A stretch of DNA of 64,000 bases from Spartobacteria bacterium (GCA_947482345.1 CANKJN010000005.1:102-64101); one strand, 5' to 3'. Counted from the first letter of the stretch, positions 20,842 through 32,012 are shown. Notes: generated from the letters alone by a model not told the origin. A program made the numbers and translations.

Positions 20842-21480
20842 ATGCCAACGAGTCACCCAAATCAACTAAATCAGATTTTAGAAGTTGTTCTTAAAATACG
20901 CCCGAATTCCGTCCTTGATGTCGGGGTAGGATTCGGAAAATATGGTGTTCTAGCGCGGGAGTATCTCGAATTCTGGGATGGCACCCAAGATTATAAAAAC
21001 TGGAGACATAAAATTGACGGGGTGGAAGTTTTTGAACATTACCTCACTCCTTTACATCACTTCATCTATAATAAAATTTATATTGGAGAAGCCACTCAAG
21101 TCCTGCCGGAGTTAACAGAAAAATACGATTTATTATTAATCATCGACGTCATCGAGCATTTTACAGAGGCTGATGGTTTGGCTCTTCTCGATCTTTGCTT
21201 CAAGCGTGCGAAAAATGTACTTATCTCCACACCGCGGCAAATGAATTCCCAAGGAGATGCTTTTGACAATTCGTACGAAACGCACTTATTTCAATGGACT
21301 CAAAAACATTTTAATGCTTATCCAAATAGTGTCCGTTTGGACACAAACAACGATTCTTTAATTTTTCTCATTGGAGAAGATTCGAAAAAGGTTCGATTGG
21401 ACGCCAAAGACCGCTTCGAACGACAGTGGCCATCTCTGCATCGGTTTCTTCTTCGCATCAAGCGTACACTCATAGGCTAA
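20842..21480 (+). CDS. Class I SAM-dependent methyltransferase
   Basis: VLDVGVGFGKYG, DGVEVF, DVIEHF. Confidence 0.85.
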   Translation: MPTSHPNQLNQILEVVLKIRPNSVLDVGVGFGKYGVLAREYLEFWDGTQDYKNWRHKIDGVEVFEHYLTPLHHFIYNKIYIGEATQVLPELTEKYDLLLIIDVIEHFTEADGLALLDLCFKRAKNVLISTPRQMNSQGDAFDNSYETHLFQWTQKHFNAYPNSVRLDTNNDSLIFLIGEDSKKVRLDAKDRFERQWPSLHRFLLRIKRTLIG

Positions 21481-22157
21481 ATCATTTGTGGGGACTAAAA
21501 AAATGTGCGCTCGTAGTAGTATCCGAAAAACTAAATATTTGCGTCGAGCGCTAAACAATAGATATGCAATCTCAGGCTGACTTAACCTTATCTTCCATGA
21601 GTCAGTTCACCCATTACAAACAAGTAATTGACCTGTCCCCCTTTTGAATGGGACAGTTGAAAAATGAAGTTCTGCTGGGCAATACGGAAAGCAGAACAAC
21701 ATGAAATAAAACTGATCCGGACCAGCGGACACCGCAATTCTCGCATATCAATTCAATCTCCCCATGAGTCATTTCATGCGTTACAGTGCGGCCACTAAGA
21801 CCGCATTCTTCAGTCACCTGACTGCATTCAAGCTGAAACTTGATGTCAAACGGCGACCCACCAGCCGATTCTTGCTCAGCGGCATTAAGCACGGGTTGGA
21901 TAGATGCACCCGGGTTTGCAAGACCAAGATAACTCACAACCCTTGTCCAGAATCACTCAAATGTGCGGTGGTCAGCGAGATCGACCGCTGAGATTGTTAT
22001 GCGTCTGCAAACATGATGCATCGACTTGGACTCAAGCACGAGCATCTCGTGGTATCTCGAGCTCTTGATTAACAAAACCCAAATATTGCCGCAATGAATA
22101 CATCAGATCATATAATGTCTTGATTAGAAGAATCCTTCCTCATCAGGTGATGATTTC

Positions 22158-23045
22158 ATGAACACATTTCTCCATCCAAAAAGGGTCGTACAGGCTTTAT
22201 ACTATGGCTTCAAGTGGCGGTTGAAAAAGCTACTACGTCTGCCGGAAAAACCTAGACTACCCGTGGTCAGTGGGGATCTTGACGCCGCATTGTATCACCA
22301 CAGAAAAATAGCAACCCTTGTTTCCGCGCATTTGTCGGATATGCAAATGAAAGAAGGATTAACCGGATGCGAAATTGGATCTGGGGATTGTTTGGTAATT
22401 GCCGATCTGCTCCTTGGAAAGGGGTATCAAAAAGTCTATCTTGTGGAGAAGCAACGCATCGTCGTCAACAAACGTCAGATTGAAATCCTGGAACGTCTTC
22501 GGGAGAGTGGACTCCCAAACAAGCTTGAAGCGGTGATTGCTGGAACTTCACCCTCACTCAACACGGAGAAAGTCACAGTCATTCCGGAATATTTTGAAAA
22601 TGCAGTACTGACAGATAAAGTTGATTTTATCTTTTCACATGACGTGATTGAGCATGTGGAGGATCTAAAGGGTTTTTTCCTTAAGTGTGCCTCGATTCTT
22701 TCTCCAGATGGACTTATGGTTCACAAGTTCGATCTTTCAGGTCACGAGTTCTTCGAATATCCGATACCTCACCTTGATTTTCAGACCTATTCCGATTGGC
22801 TCTATGATCTGATGTTCCCCAAATACCGGAGATCGTGCAGGTGGTTTCTGGATGAAATTACCGATGCGGTTCGATCCGCCGGTTTCACGTGCATTGAAGC
22901 TATAACGCTGACTTCCGAGGATGCCGATTATGCACGAAAGCTGTATCCTCAGCTTCGCACTAAGGCTAGGCGGCGCACATTGGAACAGATTCTTCCGATG
23001 GATGTGCTGCTAACAGCACGTCTAACTCGAACTGATCTTCAATAA
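22158..23045 (+). CDS. Class I SAM-dependent methyltransferase
   Basis: CEIGSGD, FIFSHDVIEHVED, LSPDGLMVHKFD. Confidence 0.8.
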   Translation: MNTFLHPKRVVQALYYGFKWRLKKLLRLPEKPRLPVVSGDLDAALYHHRKIATLVSAHLSDMQMKEGLTGCEIGSGDCLVIADLLLGKGYQKVYLVEKQRIVVNKRQIEILERLRESGLPNKLEAVIAGTSPSLNTEKVTVIPEYFENAVLTDKVDFIFSHDVIEHVEDLKGFFLKCASILSPDGLMVHKFDLSGHEFFEYPIPHLDFQTYSDWLYDLMFPKYRRSCRWFLDEITDAVRSAGFTCIEAITLTSEDADYARKLYPQLRTKARRRTLEQILPMDVLLTARLTRTDLQ

Positions 23046-23301
23046 CGTGACCTCGAGGATTTGAGCCAAGACGTGATTTAGTCTTTGGGACAACTAACAA
23101 TGCAAATTAACCCTCAGGGACTAACCCTCAGTCTGGATCGAAATTCCAACCCCTCTTAATATCCCCTTTGTTCATCATATTTAAAATGGATTAGTGAGAT
23201 TCAGCATCTGTTTCAAAAACTTAAGCCAAATCATTATATAATATTTTATTTTTATCAAATAATCTAATCTATAAAATCAATTACCAAAATAGAAAACTCT
23301 A

Positions 23302-24435
23302 ATGTATTGCGATGAAATTATTGTTGTGGAGCCAGGTGCTGATAGTGTTGTATCTCATCAACTTGAGAAACTGGAATTATTCTTAGAGGGATTTAATAGT
23401 TTAGGAATAAAGTGTAATATATTCTGCAACAAGAATCCCAAAAAGGATTTTGGAAGAAATAGTGTAAGTTGTAATAAGTTATGGGTTAATCGACTGCGGG
23501 GTATTTTACCCGGGAAAATATATGTATGGTTTTTAGAATTCTTATGTTATTATCGAGCTTTTGTTAGTGCAAATAAAAAGCAGATGATGGTTTTAGGGCT
23601 TACTGTTTCAGCCCCGTATGGAGTTCTCATTGCCTACTTGCTATCCCGTCCTAAATATGGCGTAACTATTCGTGTTCTTAATTTTGGACTAATTTCTAGT
23701 TCTGCTGGGTCTTATCAGGTCAACAAGAAGTGTATTAATTCATGGAAAATTCTAATTTCCAATGGAGTTAATATTGTCAAGTTAACAAGCACTGGAAATA
23801 GCCTTCTGTGTACTAATGTAACAAATAAAGTGGGATCAATTAATACAATTCCGGAAATAGTGAGTTGTCCAAATATTGGTGTCAGGATAAAATCTGCTCC
23901 CTTAAGTCTTCTTGTAGTAGGATGCGATGATGGTCATAGAAGAAACGCTCTCATGGCTCTTGTTAGAGGAGGTTATTTAAGAGGCCTGAAGGAGTTGCAC
24001 ATCCATGCACCGGGGCATTCATATGCCAGGCTAGCTGATGGAAGTAAGTATTTGCCGCCGCTAGGAGTAAAAGTTAAATTTACTAATAATTATATAACAG
24101 GAGAGGAGCTCACGACTATGGTCCGGAGCTCATCTGCTTGTCTTATTGGATACCAGCAAGGTTTCTGCAACCCAAGCAGTGTACTCTATTTATCTGTGAT
24201 GGCTGGCGTTCCTGTTCTTTCTAGCAACTTCCCTGATGGTATTTACTCATTTGACACTTGTGGAAAGTTAGGGGAAATGTTCAAAATGGAGACTGAGGGA
24301 GACCTGTCCCGTGCATGGGGCCGTTTTCTTGAATGGGGGGACCTTGAATATGGTAAGTTTTCCGAGGCGCGTGAAAAACTTAGAGCTATGGTAAATCCAT
24401 TAACTGTAGCCAGACGACACCTTGAAGTGTATTAA
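23302..24435 (+). CDS. Hypothetical protein, probably a divergent GT-B glycosyltransferase; AT-rich
   Basis: C-terminal SSVLYLSVMAGVPVLSS resembles the GT-B nucleotide-binding segment; the rest is unrecognised. Confidence 0.5.
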   Translation: MYCDEIIVVEPGADSVVSHQLEKLELFLEGFNSLGIKCNIFCNKNPKKDFGRNSVSCNKLWVNRLRGILPGKIYVWFLEFLCYYRAFVSANKKQMMVLGLTVSAPYGVLIAYLLSRPKYGVTIRVLNFGLISSSAGSYQVNKKCINSWKILISNGVNIVKLTSTGNSLLCTNVTNKVGSINTIPEIVSCPNIGVRIKSAPLSLLVVGCDDGHRRNALMALVRGGYLRGLKELHIHAPGHSYARLADGSKYLPPLGVKVKFTNNYITGEELTTMVRSSSACLIGYQQGFCNPSSVLYLSVMAGVPVLSSNFPDGIYSFDTCGKLGEMFKMETEGDLSRAWGRFLEWGDLEYGKFSEAREKLRAMVNPLTVARRHLEVY

Positions 24436-24446
24436 CGTAGAGGATA

Positions 24447-25622
24447 ATGAAAATTATTAGTGCCATCCCGATCTCGTACTCAAGCAGAGGATCATTTTGG
24501 GAAAGAGACCTCGGTCTCGTGACACTGGGTCTAAGGTCATGCGGTGCAGATGCGTGGTTTACCTCGCTACCGGGCGACGATGTTCCTTATGGGATGCCTT
24601 ACATTCCCGCCACACGAAAAAATCTATCGGATCCCAGTTGGTGGAGGGAACAGCGACCTGATGCCATCATTCTGAACACATGGTCGGCTCCTAGGCATGA
24701 TGACATCAGGAAAGCCGCCCTCTCCTTAGGGTGTCCGCTAATTGAGAAGCTTGACACGGACGGAGTTAAATCTCCGCGTATTTATCCCTGGCACAGTCTC
24801 CGTAGAACATGGGTGAACTATGACCTGCGGCATCCAGTCTCAAGCGGCATTCCACGCAAGGCAGAGGCGATCATGAGATTTCTGACCACATACCTTTTTC
24901 CCTCGCTACTCGACAAGAAGATGGTGAGATGTATGGAGCGTGTCCCTGTTTATGCCGCCGAAACCCCGGTTGCATCTGCCCGGGTCAGAAGGTTCTTGCG
25001 AATGTATAATGCTAACCCGATGCCGCGCGTGTTCACGGTTCCCCATCCGGTCAATACCGCACAGATGGGTTTTTCGCCAGCCGACTCAAAACGGAATCAG
25101 GTTATAGCCATAGGTCGTTGGGATGACGCCGTCAAGGGATGGCCTCTCTTAAAAGTAGTAGCGGAACGGTTTCTGCAAAACTGCACTGAATGGAGCCTTG
25201 TTGTGGCCGGAATAGGGGCTGAAACAGAGGGGAAAAAGATGGAGGAGAGATTTCCTGGGCGCTTCTCGATGATCGGCAGGGTAGGGCACGAGGAACTCAA
25301 CAAGTTGCTTAGATCTTCTAAGATCTACATGCTAACATCTCATTCCGAGACATTCAATATAGCAGGGGCAGAAGCACTCTGTTGCGGTTGTTCTATCGTT
25401 GGCCCCGCTCAGATACCCAGCAGCGCGTACTTCGCTGGGAAAAATTCAGGAACTGTTTCGTACCTGCGCAACGCTTCGCACATGAGCGATGCCTTAATGG
25501 CGGAAGTGGATGAATGGAATAATCAACGACGTGATCCGGAAAGCATATCGACGCAGTGGATTGCAGAATTGGGTGCTGAAGCCGTCGCAAAAAGGTATCT
25601 TGAGATCTTTTCAAAGATGTGA
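24447..25622 (+). CDS. GT4 glycosyltransferase
   Basis: IGRWDDAVKG, SHSETFNIAGAEALCCG. Confidence 0.8.
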   Translation: MKIISAIPISYSSRGSFWERDLGLVTLGLRSCGADAWFTSLPGDDVPYGMPYIPATRKNLSDPSWWREQRPDAIILNTWSAPRHDDIRKAALSLGCPLIEKLDTDGVKSPRIYPWHSLRRTWVNYDLRHPVSSGIPRKAEAIMRFLTTYLFPSLLDKKMVRCMERVPVYAAETPVASARVRRFLRMYNANPMPRVFTVPHPVNTAQMGFSPADSKRNQVIAIGRWDDAVKGWPLLKVVAERFLQNCTEWSLVVAGIGAETEGKKMEERFPGRFSMIGRVGHEELNKLLRSSKIYMLTSHSETFNIAGAEALCCGCSIVGPAQIPSSAYFAGKNSGTVSYLRNASHMSDALMAEVDEWNNQRRDPESISTQWIAELGAEAVAKRYLEIFSKM

Positions 25623-26860
25623 AAATAGCCTTTCTGGTTCCCGACAACCGGGAAAACTTTCGCAGGTATGAGCTGGCTGATCCTTATTTCGGAACGGCCC
25701 CCGCAGCCTTGCTTGATGGCTTTGCAAGTTTGGCGAACCAAGCTGATGCACCCGAGATCCATGTGATTTCCTGCGCCCAAAAAAGGATTCCCGCCCCCAA
25801 AAAGCTCGCGTCCAACATCTGGTTTCACTCGCTCCATGTTCCTAAGGCGGGATGGCTGAGATCGGGTTATCTGGGATGTGCATTCGCCGTGAGAAAAAAA
25901 CTTCGGGAGATTCATCCCGACTTAGTTCATGCTCAGGGAACCGAACGGGACTGCGCGATCAGTGCGATCCTATCGCCTTATCCAAAGATACTCACGATTC
26001 ACGGAAACCTGAGACTCATCAAAAAGCAGGTGGGATTCCGGCCGTTTTCAGCAATGTGGTTGCAGTCGTATCTAGAGGGATTTTCAGTTCCCCGATTCGA
26101 CGGGGTCATCTGCATCACCAACTACACCAAGAATGCCATAGAACATGAGGTTCCAAAAACATGGGTGGTGCCCAATGCCGTCGATCCATCGTTTCTCGCT
26201 CTAGGTGAGAAAAGAATGCGAAGGCATGAAGTAAAAAGTTCTGAAATAAATGACTCAGGTTTCAGGTCTCAGGTTTCAGGTTTAGAATCTCCCCCCGTCA
26301 TCCTCTGCGTCGCTAATGTGGATCACAGGAAGAATCAAAATGCTTTCATCAAAGCCTTGGATCCTTTGGCTCAATCCATGAGTTTTGAGGTTCGTTTTTT
26401 CGGTTCCTGTCCAGACGATGAATACGGTCGGGAATTCCAAAGGATGGTTTCCGAGCGCCCATGGTGCCATTATGGTGGGATGATTGGTAGAGGGGAGCTC
26501 AAGCAGGAGATGGGGGGCGCAAGCCTACTGATGCTTCCCACCCTGGAGGACAATTGTCCCATGGTTGTGTTGGAGGCGATGGCTGCAGGTGTACCCGTGA
26601 TCGCCTCTAAGGTGGGTGGGATTCCTGACCTGATTGAAGATGGAATTAGCGGCCTTCTGTGCACCCCCGCTCGCCCCAAGGAATTCGCGGCCGCTTTGGC
26701 GAGGATACTAGATGACCCCCGTTATCGAAAAGAGATGGCGGGGCGTGCGGCGCACGAGGCCACAGTGAAATTCCACCCCTTATTGATTGCAAAAAAGCAT
26801 ATGGAAATCTACTCCGAGATCGCAGGATATGTTTCACCTGCTAAGGTTGACGCCTGTTGA
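25619..26860 (+). CDS. GT4 glycosyltransferase with a repeat-derived insert
   Basis: RKNQ, EDNCPMVVLEAMAAGVPVIASKVGGIPDLI. Insert GFRSQVSGL is encoded by CAGGT(T/C)T heptamers. Confidence 0.9.
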   Translation: MKIAFLVPDNRENFRRYELADPYFGTAPAALLDGFASLANQADAPEIHVISCAQKRIPAPKKLASNIWFHSLHVPKAGWLRSGYLGCAFAVRKKLREIHPDLVHAQGTERDCAISAILSPYPKILTIHGNLRLIKKQVGFRPFSAMWLQSYLEGFSVPRFDGVICITNYTKNAIEHEVPKTWVVPNAVDPSFLALGEKRMRRHEVKSSEINDSGFRSQVSGLESPPVILCVANVDHRKNQNAFIKALDPLAQSMSFEVRFFGSCPDDEYGREFQRMVSERPWCHYGGMIGRGELKQEMGGASLLMLPTLEDNCPMVVLEAMAAGVPVIASKVGGIPDLIEDGISGLLCTPARPKEFAAALARILDDPRYRKEMAGRAAHEATVKFHPLLIAKKHMEIYSEIAGYVSPAKVDAC

Positions 26861-26935
26861 ACAACCCCCTTCCGCGTCTTAGTCAAACCAATTAAGGAGT
26901 CTTATGAATCCTAGCAATCCATTATTAGAACCACA

Positions 26936-27949
26936 ATGAAGGTGGTGATCGACCATGCCAGTCCTTTCTTGCTTGCTCATGGGGGTTTTCAGACCCAGAT
27001 CGAGCAGACCAGGAACGGTCTTCTCGAGCTCGGAATTGATGTCGAATGGCTCAGGTGGTGGGATGATAGTCAGGGGGCGGACTTAATCCATTATTTCGGG
27101 ATCCCCCCGCTTTCATACCTCCGGCAGGCCGCCTCGAAAGGAATTCCCGTTGTAGTCACCTATCTGCTGACAGAGCAATGCAACCGAAGTGAGTCTGCAC
27201 TTGCGATGCAGGGTGCAGTAATACGCTTGATCCGAAGCATTCCGGGGGGTAAAGGCTTTGCTGGAAGATTGGGCTGGGAAAGTCTCAGGACCGCATCCAG
27301 GCTTGTTGTTGGCCTCGAGTGCGAGAAGAAGGCGCTGGAGCATCTCTTTGAGGTGGATGGCGGCAAAATCAGCCTTGTTCCGCTGGGCCTTCACCGGGCC
27401 TTCCTGGACAACCCTCGAACGATTTCCCCAAAAGGAGACTTCCTCATCTCCACCGGAACCATCACAGAGCGCAAAAGAAGCGTAGAGCTCGCTGAGATGG
27501 CCTGTGAAGCCGGAGTTTCGATCCTTTTTGTGGGCAAACCCTATTCGGAAAAAGATCCTTACTGGATTAGATTCCTGAAATTAGTGGACGGCCGAACAAT
27601 CCGATACAAGTCTCATGTGGAGACTCCCGAGGAGATGGCGGCACTGCTCTCTTCGGCCCAAGGCTTTGTTCTTTTCAGCGCTTACGAAAACTGGTGCCTT
27701 TCTGCCCACGAGGCCGCGGCATGCGGTCTGCCGCTCTGTCTTCCCGACATGCGTTGGTCTAGGGAGTGCTTTCCTGGGGGGGGATCCTACCTTGATCCAT
27801 ACCCGTCACCAAGGAACCCTGCGCTCCTGAAGGCCTTTCACGCTGCCTGCGCCGGCACGCTGCCACAAGCCCGTTGCACCTTGGTAGGATGGCGCGAAGT
27901 GGCTACTCGGTTGCTGGCCGTTTACAAGGAGACCTTGTCAAGATCCTGA
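26936..27949 (+). CDS. GT4 glycosyltransferase
   Basis: GGFQTQI, ERKRSVE, YENWCLSAHEAAACGLP. Confidence 0.85.
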   Translation: MKVVIDHASPFLLAHGGFQTQIEQTRNGLLELGIDVEWLRWWDDSQGADLIHYFGIPPLSYLRQAASKGIPVVVTYLLTEQCNRSESALAMQGAVIRLIRSIPGGKGFAGRLGWESLRTASRLVVGLECEKKALEHLFEVDGGKISLVPLGLHRAFLDNPRTISPKGDFLISTGTITERKRSVELAEMACEAGVSILFVGKPYSEKDPYWIRFLKLVDGRTIRYKSHVETPEEMAALLSSAQGFVLFSAYENWCLSAHEAAACGLPLCLPDMRWSRECFPGGGSYLDPYPSPRNPALLKAFHAACAGTLPQARCTLVGWREVATRLLAVYKETLSRS

Positions 27950-28001
27950 CTTCCGATCCGCTGCGGAGATCACCTGAACTCCTTCCGCGGATACCCCTCC
28001 A

Positions 28002-29270
28002 ATGAAAGTCCTTATTGCAGCGATAGCCTGCCATCCCACAGCGGGATCCGAAGCATATGTAGGGTGGCAGGCCGTAAACATTCTTAGGCGGGAACATGAA
28101 CTCAGTGTGCTAACGAGCCTCTGGTGCCGTGAAGCCATTGAGAAGGCAGTGAAAGCAGGTGAGGGATGGGAGCGCGTGCGCTTCGTCTACGTGGATGAAA
28201 AACGGGGCGAAAAACCGTGTCACCCCAACCGTTTGATCGCCCGACTTCATAGTTGGATCGACTATCGTCGCTGGTGTAAGGATGCCTGCGAGATTGCCCG
28301 ACAGTTGATCAAGCAGGAGCAATTTGTTCTTGCACACCACGTAACCTACGCAAGTTGGAGAATGGGTTCGCCGCTGGCCGGTCTCGGCATACCATGGATC
28401 TGGGGGCCTATCGGGGGAGGGGAACGATTTCCGTGGAAGCTTGCTGGAATCCTGAGTCCGGTTGCGGCTCTCTTTGAGATCGTCAGATCAGTTGACGACT
28501 GGATATCTAAACGGGCGAGCAAAGTGAAAAAAGCAGCAACTGATGCATCACTCATTATTGCAAGTAACCAAGAGACCAAAGACCTTATCGTCGAGTTAGG
28601 CACCCCATCCAAAAAAGTTTACATACTCTCGCAGGCATTTCTCGGAAGCGCAAAAATTCACTCTCTTCAAGCTCCAGAAAAGCAATCGCCACACGAAATA
28701 GGGTATCTTAAAATACTTGCAGGCGGAAACTTGGAAGGAAGAAAAGGAGCTGCCATTACTCTTCATGGATTAGCGTTAGCAAAAAGAATCGGAGTTCCTT
28801 TCCGATACAGCTATTTGGGAAGGGGTCCCGAGTTGGTAAAACTTGTAAGACTTACAGAGGAACTCGGAATTACATCGCACGTTTCATTTATTGATTCACT
28901 GCGGGGGGATGCCTACGTAGATAAGCTAAAAAGCGGCCATATCTTTCTACAACCTAGCCTGCGAGAGTCGGCCGGGTTGACCCTCATCGAAGCAATGGCC
29001 GCTGGCTGTGTGCCTGTTGTTGCGAACTGTGGCGGGCCTTGGGACATAGTAAGTGCGGCAGGTGTACATGCGATTTCAGTCGGCTCTGTAAATGAGATGG
29101 CAAAGATGATAGCCGAAAGATTGGCCGAACTTTGGAAGCTCCCGCTTAGCTGGAGTACTCAATCAGAGAGCTCGGCGAAAGCAATCCGCGAGAAATACTC
29201 TGCAGAATACTACGGGACTGAAATCAACAGATATTACAGGATAGCCGTGGCACGCGCGGAAGTGATTTAA
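28002..29270 (+). CDS. GT4 glycosyltransferase
   Basis: GSEAYVGW, EGRKG, PSLRESAGLTLIEAMAAGCVPVV. Confidence 0.88.
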   Translation: MKVLIAAIACHPTAGSEAYVGWQAVNILRREHELSVLTSLWCREAIEKAVKAGEGWERVRFVYVDEKRGEKPCHPNRLIARLHSWIDYRRWCKDACEIARQLIKQEQFVLAHHVTYASWRMGSPLAGLGIPWIWGPIGGGERFPWKLAGILSPVAALFEIVRSVDDWISKRASKVKKAATDASLIIASNQETKDLIVELGTPSKKVYILSQAFLGSAKIHSLQAPEKQSPHEIGYLKILAGGNLEGRKGAAITLHGLALAKRIGVPFRYSYLGRGPELVKLVRLTEELGITSHVSFIDSLRGDAYVDKLKSGHIFLQPSLRESAGLTLIEAMAAGCVPVVANCGGPWDIVSAAGVHAISVGSVNEMAKMIAERLAELWKLPLSWSTQSESSAKAIREKYSAEYYGTEINRYYRIAVARAEVI

Positions 29271-29451
29271 AACTAACGACAGGCCCATCTTATAAACCCT
29301 ACGATTTCGGATTGAAGCGTGTAGTCCAATATAATAGGAAGCAAACAGTATCCGAAACAGATCCTTTCACCGAAGAGCGTTATGGGCAGATGATCCGATC
29401 GTAATCTTGCAGTTTCATTACCTAGAAGAAGGTCCGTATCATCCGAACATT

Positions 29452-31122
29452 CTAGCCAAGCTTTTTGAGGTGATCAGCCAGCCTGAGTGACATCGCCACG
29501 ATCATCAGAGTAGGGTTGGCATGACTGCTGGTTGGAAACACCGATGATCCCGCCACATAGAGATTATCAACTCTGTGGATATGGCTGTCTGGATTGACCA
29601 CGCCCTGGGAGGGATCCTTCGACATTCTCGTGGTGCCGATATTATGGGCGTTGCTATTGAACCCCTGAAGATTACCTCCTTTGAGTCGATCTTGATCCTC
29701 TTGGGATAAGACGAAAGATCCAAGGCCGGCTTTTTCCATTCGCTCCCCGAAGAGGGTGATGAGGGTACGTACTGTGCGTTGATCTGTTTCCGAGAATCTG
29801 ATCTGGGCCTCCAGTCTGGGCATGCCGTATTCGTCGGAGGACGATGGGTTGAGAATGACGCGGCTTTCCGCATCGGGAATATGCTCTGTCTGGAAGAAGA
29901 GGTGAAATCTATTCGTTGATTTCGGAGAGAGAATCATTGGTAGTCGGCGCTTCTGGAAAAAGCGGGTGTATGCTACGGCGGCTAGTTGGCCGAAGACGGC
30001 TGGACCGTCTTTCAGCACAATCCCTAGATGGGTCAGCAGGTCCTTTTTCTGCTCCATGACGATCTGTATAAGCCGTCGTGGTCCTTTGCGCGCGCCTCCG
30101 AGAAGAGTTTTTGCAAGCATGATTGATGAGACCATGGCATTACGATGCTCCGATGCACCGGAAACAGGCCTGAAGAAAAAACCCACGGCATTGCCTACCC
30201 CATGTTTGCGCTGGGCCCCGGGGGTAAGCCAGAAGCGCCTCCGACAATAAATACCCTCATGATCCTTCTCGAAATCGTAGTTGAAATCTTTCTTGGGGTT
30301 ATTCAGTGTCACATGGCCGCAGACGCCGAACAGGTGTGATTGGTAAAACCTTCCCACTAGGTCGCATTCGTTGCCAATTCCTGCGGGAAGTATGTCCCGT
30401 GCGGCAAGAAGTAGCCGCGCGTTTTCAAGGGCTCCACAGGCAAGGACGGTTTTTTTGGCCTCCACGATAAAGTTTCGCCCCGGAGTGCAGGCCGCCATAA
30501 CATGACTCAGGGTGCAGCCACCCACGTCCATCTGGAGATGGACGGCGTTTGCATGGAGGAGTACTCGCAGGTTGGGGGCGGCTTCCAACTCCTTGGCATA
30601 CCGTCTGCTGAAGTCGGTGGGGATGCTCCAGCGTTCCAAGGGCCACGATGCAAAGTCCTCGTTATCGAAACCGCCCAGAATCTCTCCTTGCCTGTCAGGG
30701 AAGACGGAGCGGGCGTCAAAATCAGCCTCCCCTGCCTCACAAAGGGCGCATGCCCGCGCAATATATGGATTTAGTTCCTCTTGGGTGATTGGCCAGCCGC
30801 TATGTGGAATCCATGAACGGTCCTCAAAATCAACTGGGTCAAAGGGGATGCACCTTCCTCCCCAGACCGTGGTTGTCCCTCCCCACATCCTGAGGCGGTT
30901 CTCTTCCAGGGGCTCGTGGCTTCGCGGGGGGGAGACCCCTCCCCGGTAGAGATCAATCCCGTCAGCTGTTTGATTGGGGCCACCACCGGGTATAAGAATG
31001 ACATCCTTACCGGATTTAATGTACTCAAGTGCGAGGCAAATGCCCGCCGCGCCTCCGCCCACGACGCAGAGATCTGTCTCGATGCGTGTTCCCGGATCAA
31101 TCTTTCGTGCATCTTCAATCAT
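29452..31122 (-). CDS. GMC-family FAD oxidoreductase
   Basis: VVGGGAAG, MWGGTTTVWGG, LACGALENARLLL, HNIGTTRM, GSSVFPT...NPTL. Confidence 0.9.
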   Translation of the reverse strand: MIEDARKIDPGTRIETDLCVVGGGAAGICLALEYIKSGKDVILIPGGGPNQTADGIDLYRGGVSPPRSHEPLEENRLRMWGGTTTVWGGRCIPFDPVDFEDRSWIPHSGWPITQEELNPYIARACALCEAGEADFDARSVFPDRQGEILGGFDNEDFASWPLERWSIPTDFSRRYAKELEAAPNLRVLLHANAVHLQMDVGGCTLSHVMAACTPGRNFIVEAKKTVLACGALENARLLLAARDILPAGIGNECDLVGRFYQSHLFGVCGHVTLNNPKKDFNYDFEKDHEGIYCRRRFWLTPGAQRKHGVGNAVGFFFRPVSGASEHRNAMVSSIMLAKTLLGGARKGPRRLIQIVMEQKKDLLTHLGIVLKDGPAVFGQLAAVAYTRFFQKRRLPMILSPKSTNRFHLFFQTEHIPDAESRVILNPSSSDEYGMPRLEAQIRFSETDQRTVRTLITLFGERMEKAGLGSFVLSQEDQDRLKGGNLQGFNSNAHNIGTTRMSKDPSQGVVNPDSHIHRVDNLYVAGSSVFPTSSHANPTLMIVAMSLRLADHLKKLG

Positions 31123-32012
31123 GATGTTGTAGGGAGGGTTATCTGTAGGCTGTTCAACACATCATCTGGGAGGTCGAGATGCACTGCTTCAGCATTGGAT
31201 TTCAGATGTTCTGCGCGGCCTGTACCGCTCAATACGCAACGAACGCCGGGTTGCGCTGCTGCGTAGGCGATCAGGATGTGGCTTGCTGATTTTCCATAGG
31301 TGCGAGCAACGGCTTCGATCCTTAGGGTGAGTTCCATCCCGTCCTTCAGATATGAGCCTGCGCCGAAAACATGATTTGCCAACACCGGAAGTCGATGGTC
31401 ACGTGGAGGAGCCTGACCTGGGTTCAAGGGCATTTGCAGCAGTTCGATGAGAGGATCCTCGGATGCGATTTGATGAAGCTCTCTGTTTGAGGTCGATATT
31501 CCGAAGTGGTGGATCTTGCCCGCTGCTTTCGCTTGCTCAATGACCCTTCTCAAGGAGTCATCCTCCCAGACCGGGGAAGCCGGATCGTGAAGAAAGAAAA
31601 AATCCAATCTTTCCCTCCGAAGTCTCCTGAGAGAGCCGTCGATGCTTTTCCTCACGTAATCGGCATTGAAGCAGGGTTTTGCCCCCATGCGGGAAATGGT
31701 TTTTTTTCCAAATTGGTTGAGCAATCCAAGTGGTCCCGGAAAATCACAAAATGGGTAGCCTGTTTTGGTTGCAATCAGGAAATGATCGTTGAAACGACGA
31801 ATGAGTTTACCCAAAAGTTTTTCGCAATCTGCAGACCCATAAGTGTCTGCGGTGTCGATTAGGTTCACCCCGATCTCGGCCGCTGCTTCCAGCAGACGAA
31901 GGGCATCATTGGCTGAGTACCCGGCCCCGAGGGATGCCAGGCGCCCCGTGCCGATCCCAAGACGGTGGATCTTGTGCCCGCAGAAGTCAGAGAATGAATG
32001 GGGAAGATTCAC
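31119..32012 (-). CDS. Aldo/keto reductase
   Basis: LGIGTG, IDTADTYG, IATKTG, SLRRLRRERLDFFFLHDP. Confidence 0.9.
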   Translation of the reverse strand: MNLPHSFSDFCGHKIHRLGIGTGRLASLGAGYSANDALRLLEAAAEIGVNLIDTADTYGSADCEKLLGKLIRRFNDHFLIATKTGYPFCDFPGPLGLLNQFGKKTISRMGAKPCFNADYVRKSIDGSLRRLRRERLDFFFLHDPASPVWEDDSLRRVIEQAKAAGKIHHFGISTSNRELHQIASEDPLIELLQMPLNPGQAPPRDHRLPVLANHVFGAGSYLKDGMELTLRIEAVARTYGKSASHILIAYAAAQPGVRCVLSGTGRAEHLKSNAEAVHLDLPDDVLNSLQITLPTTS

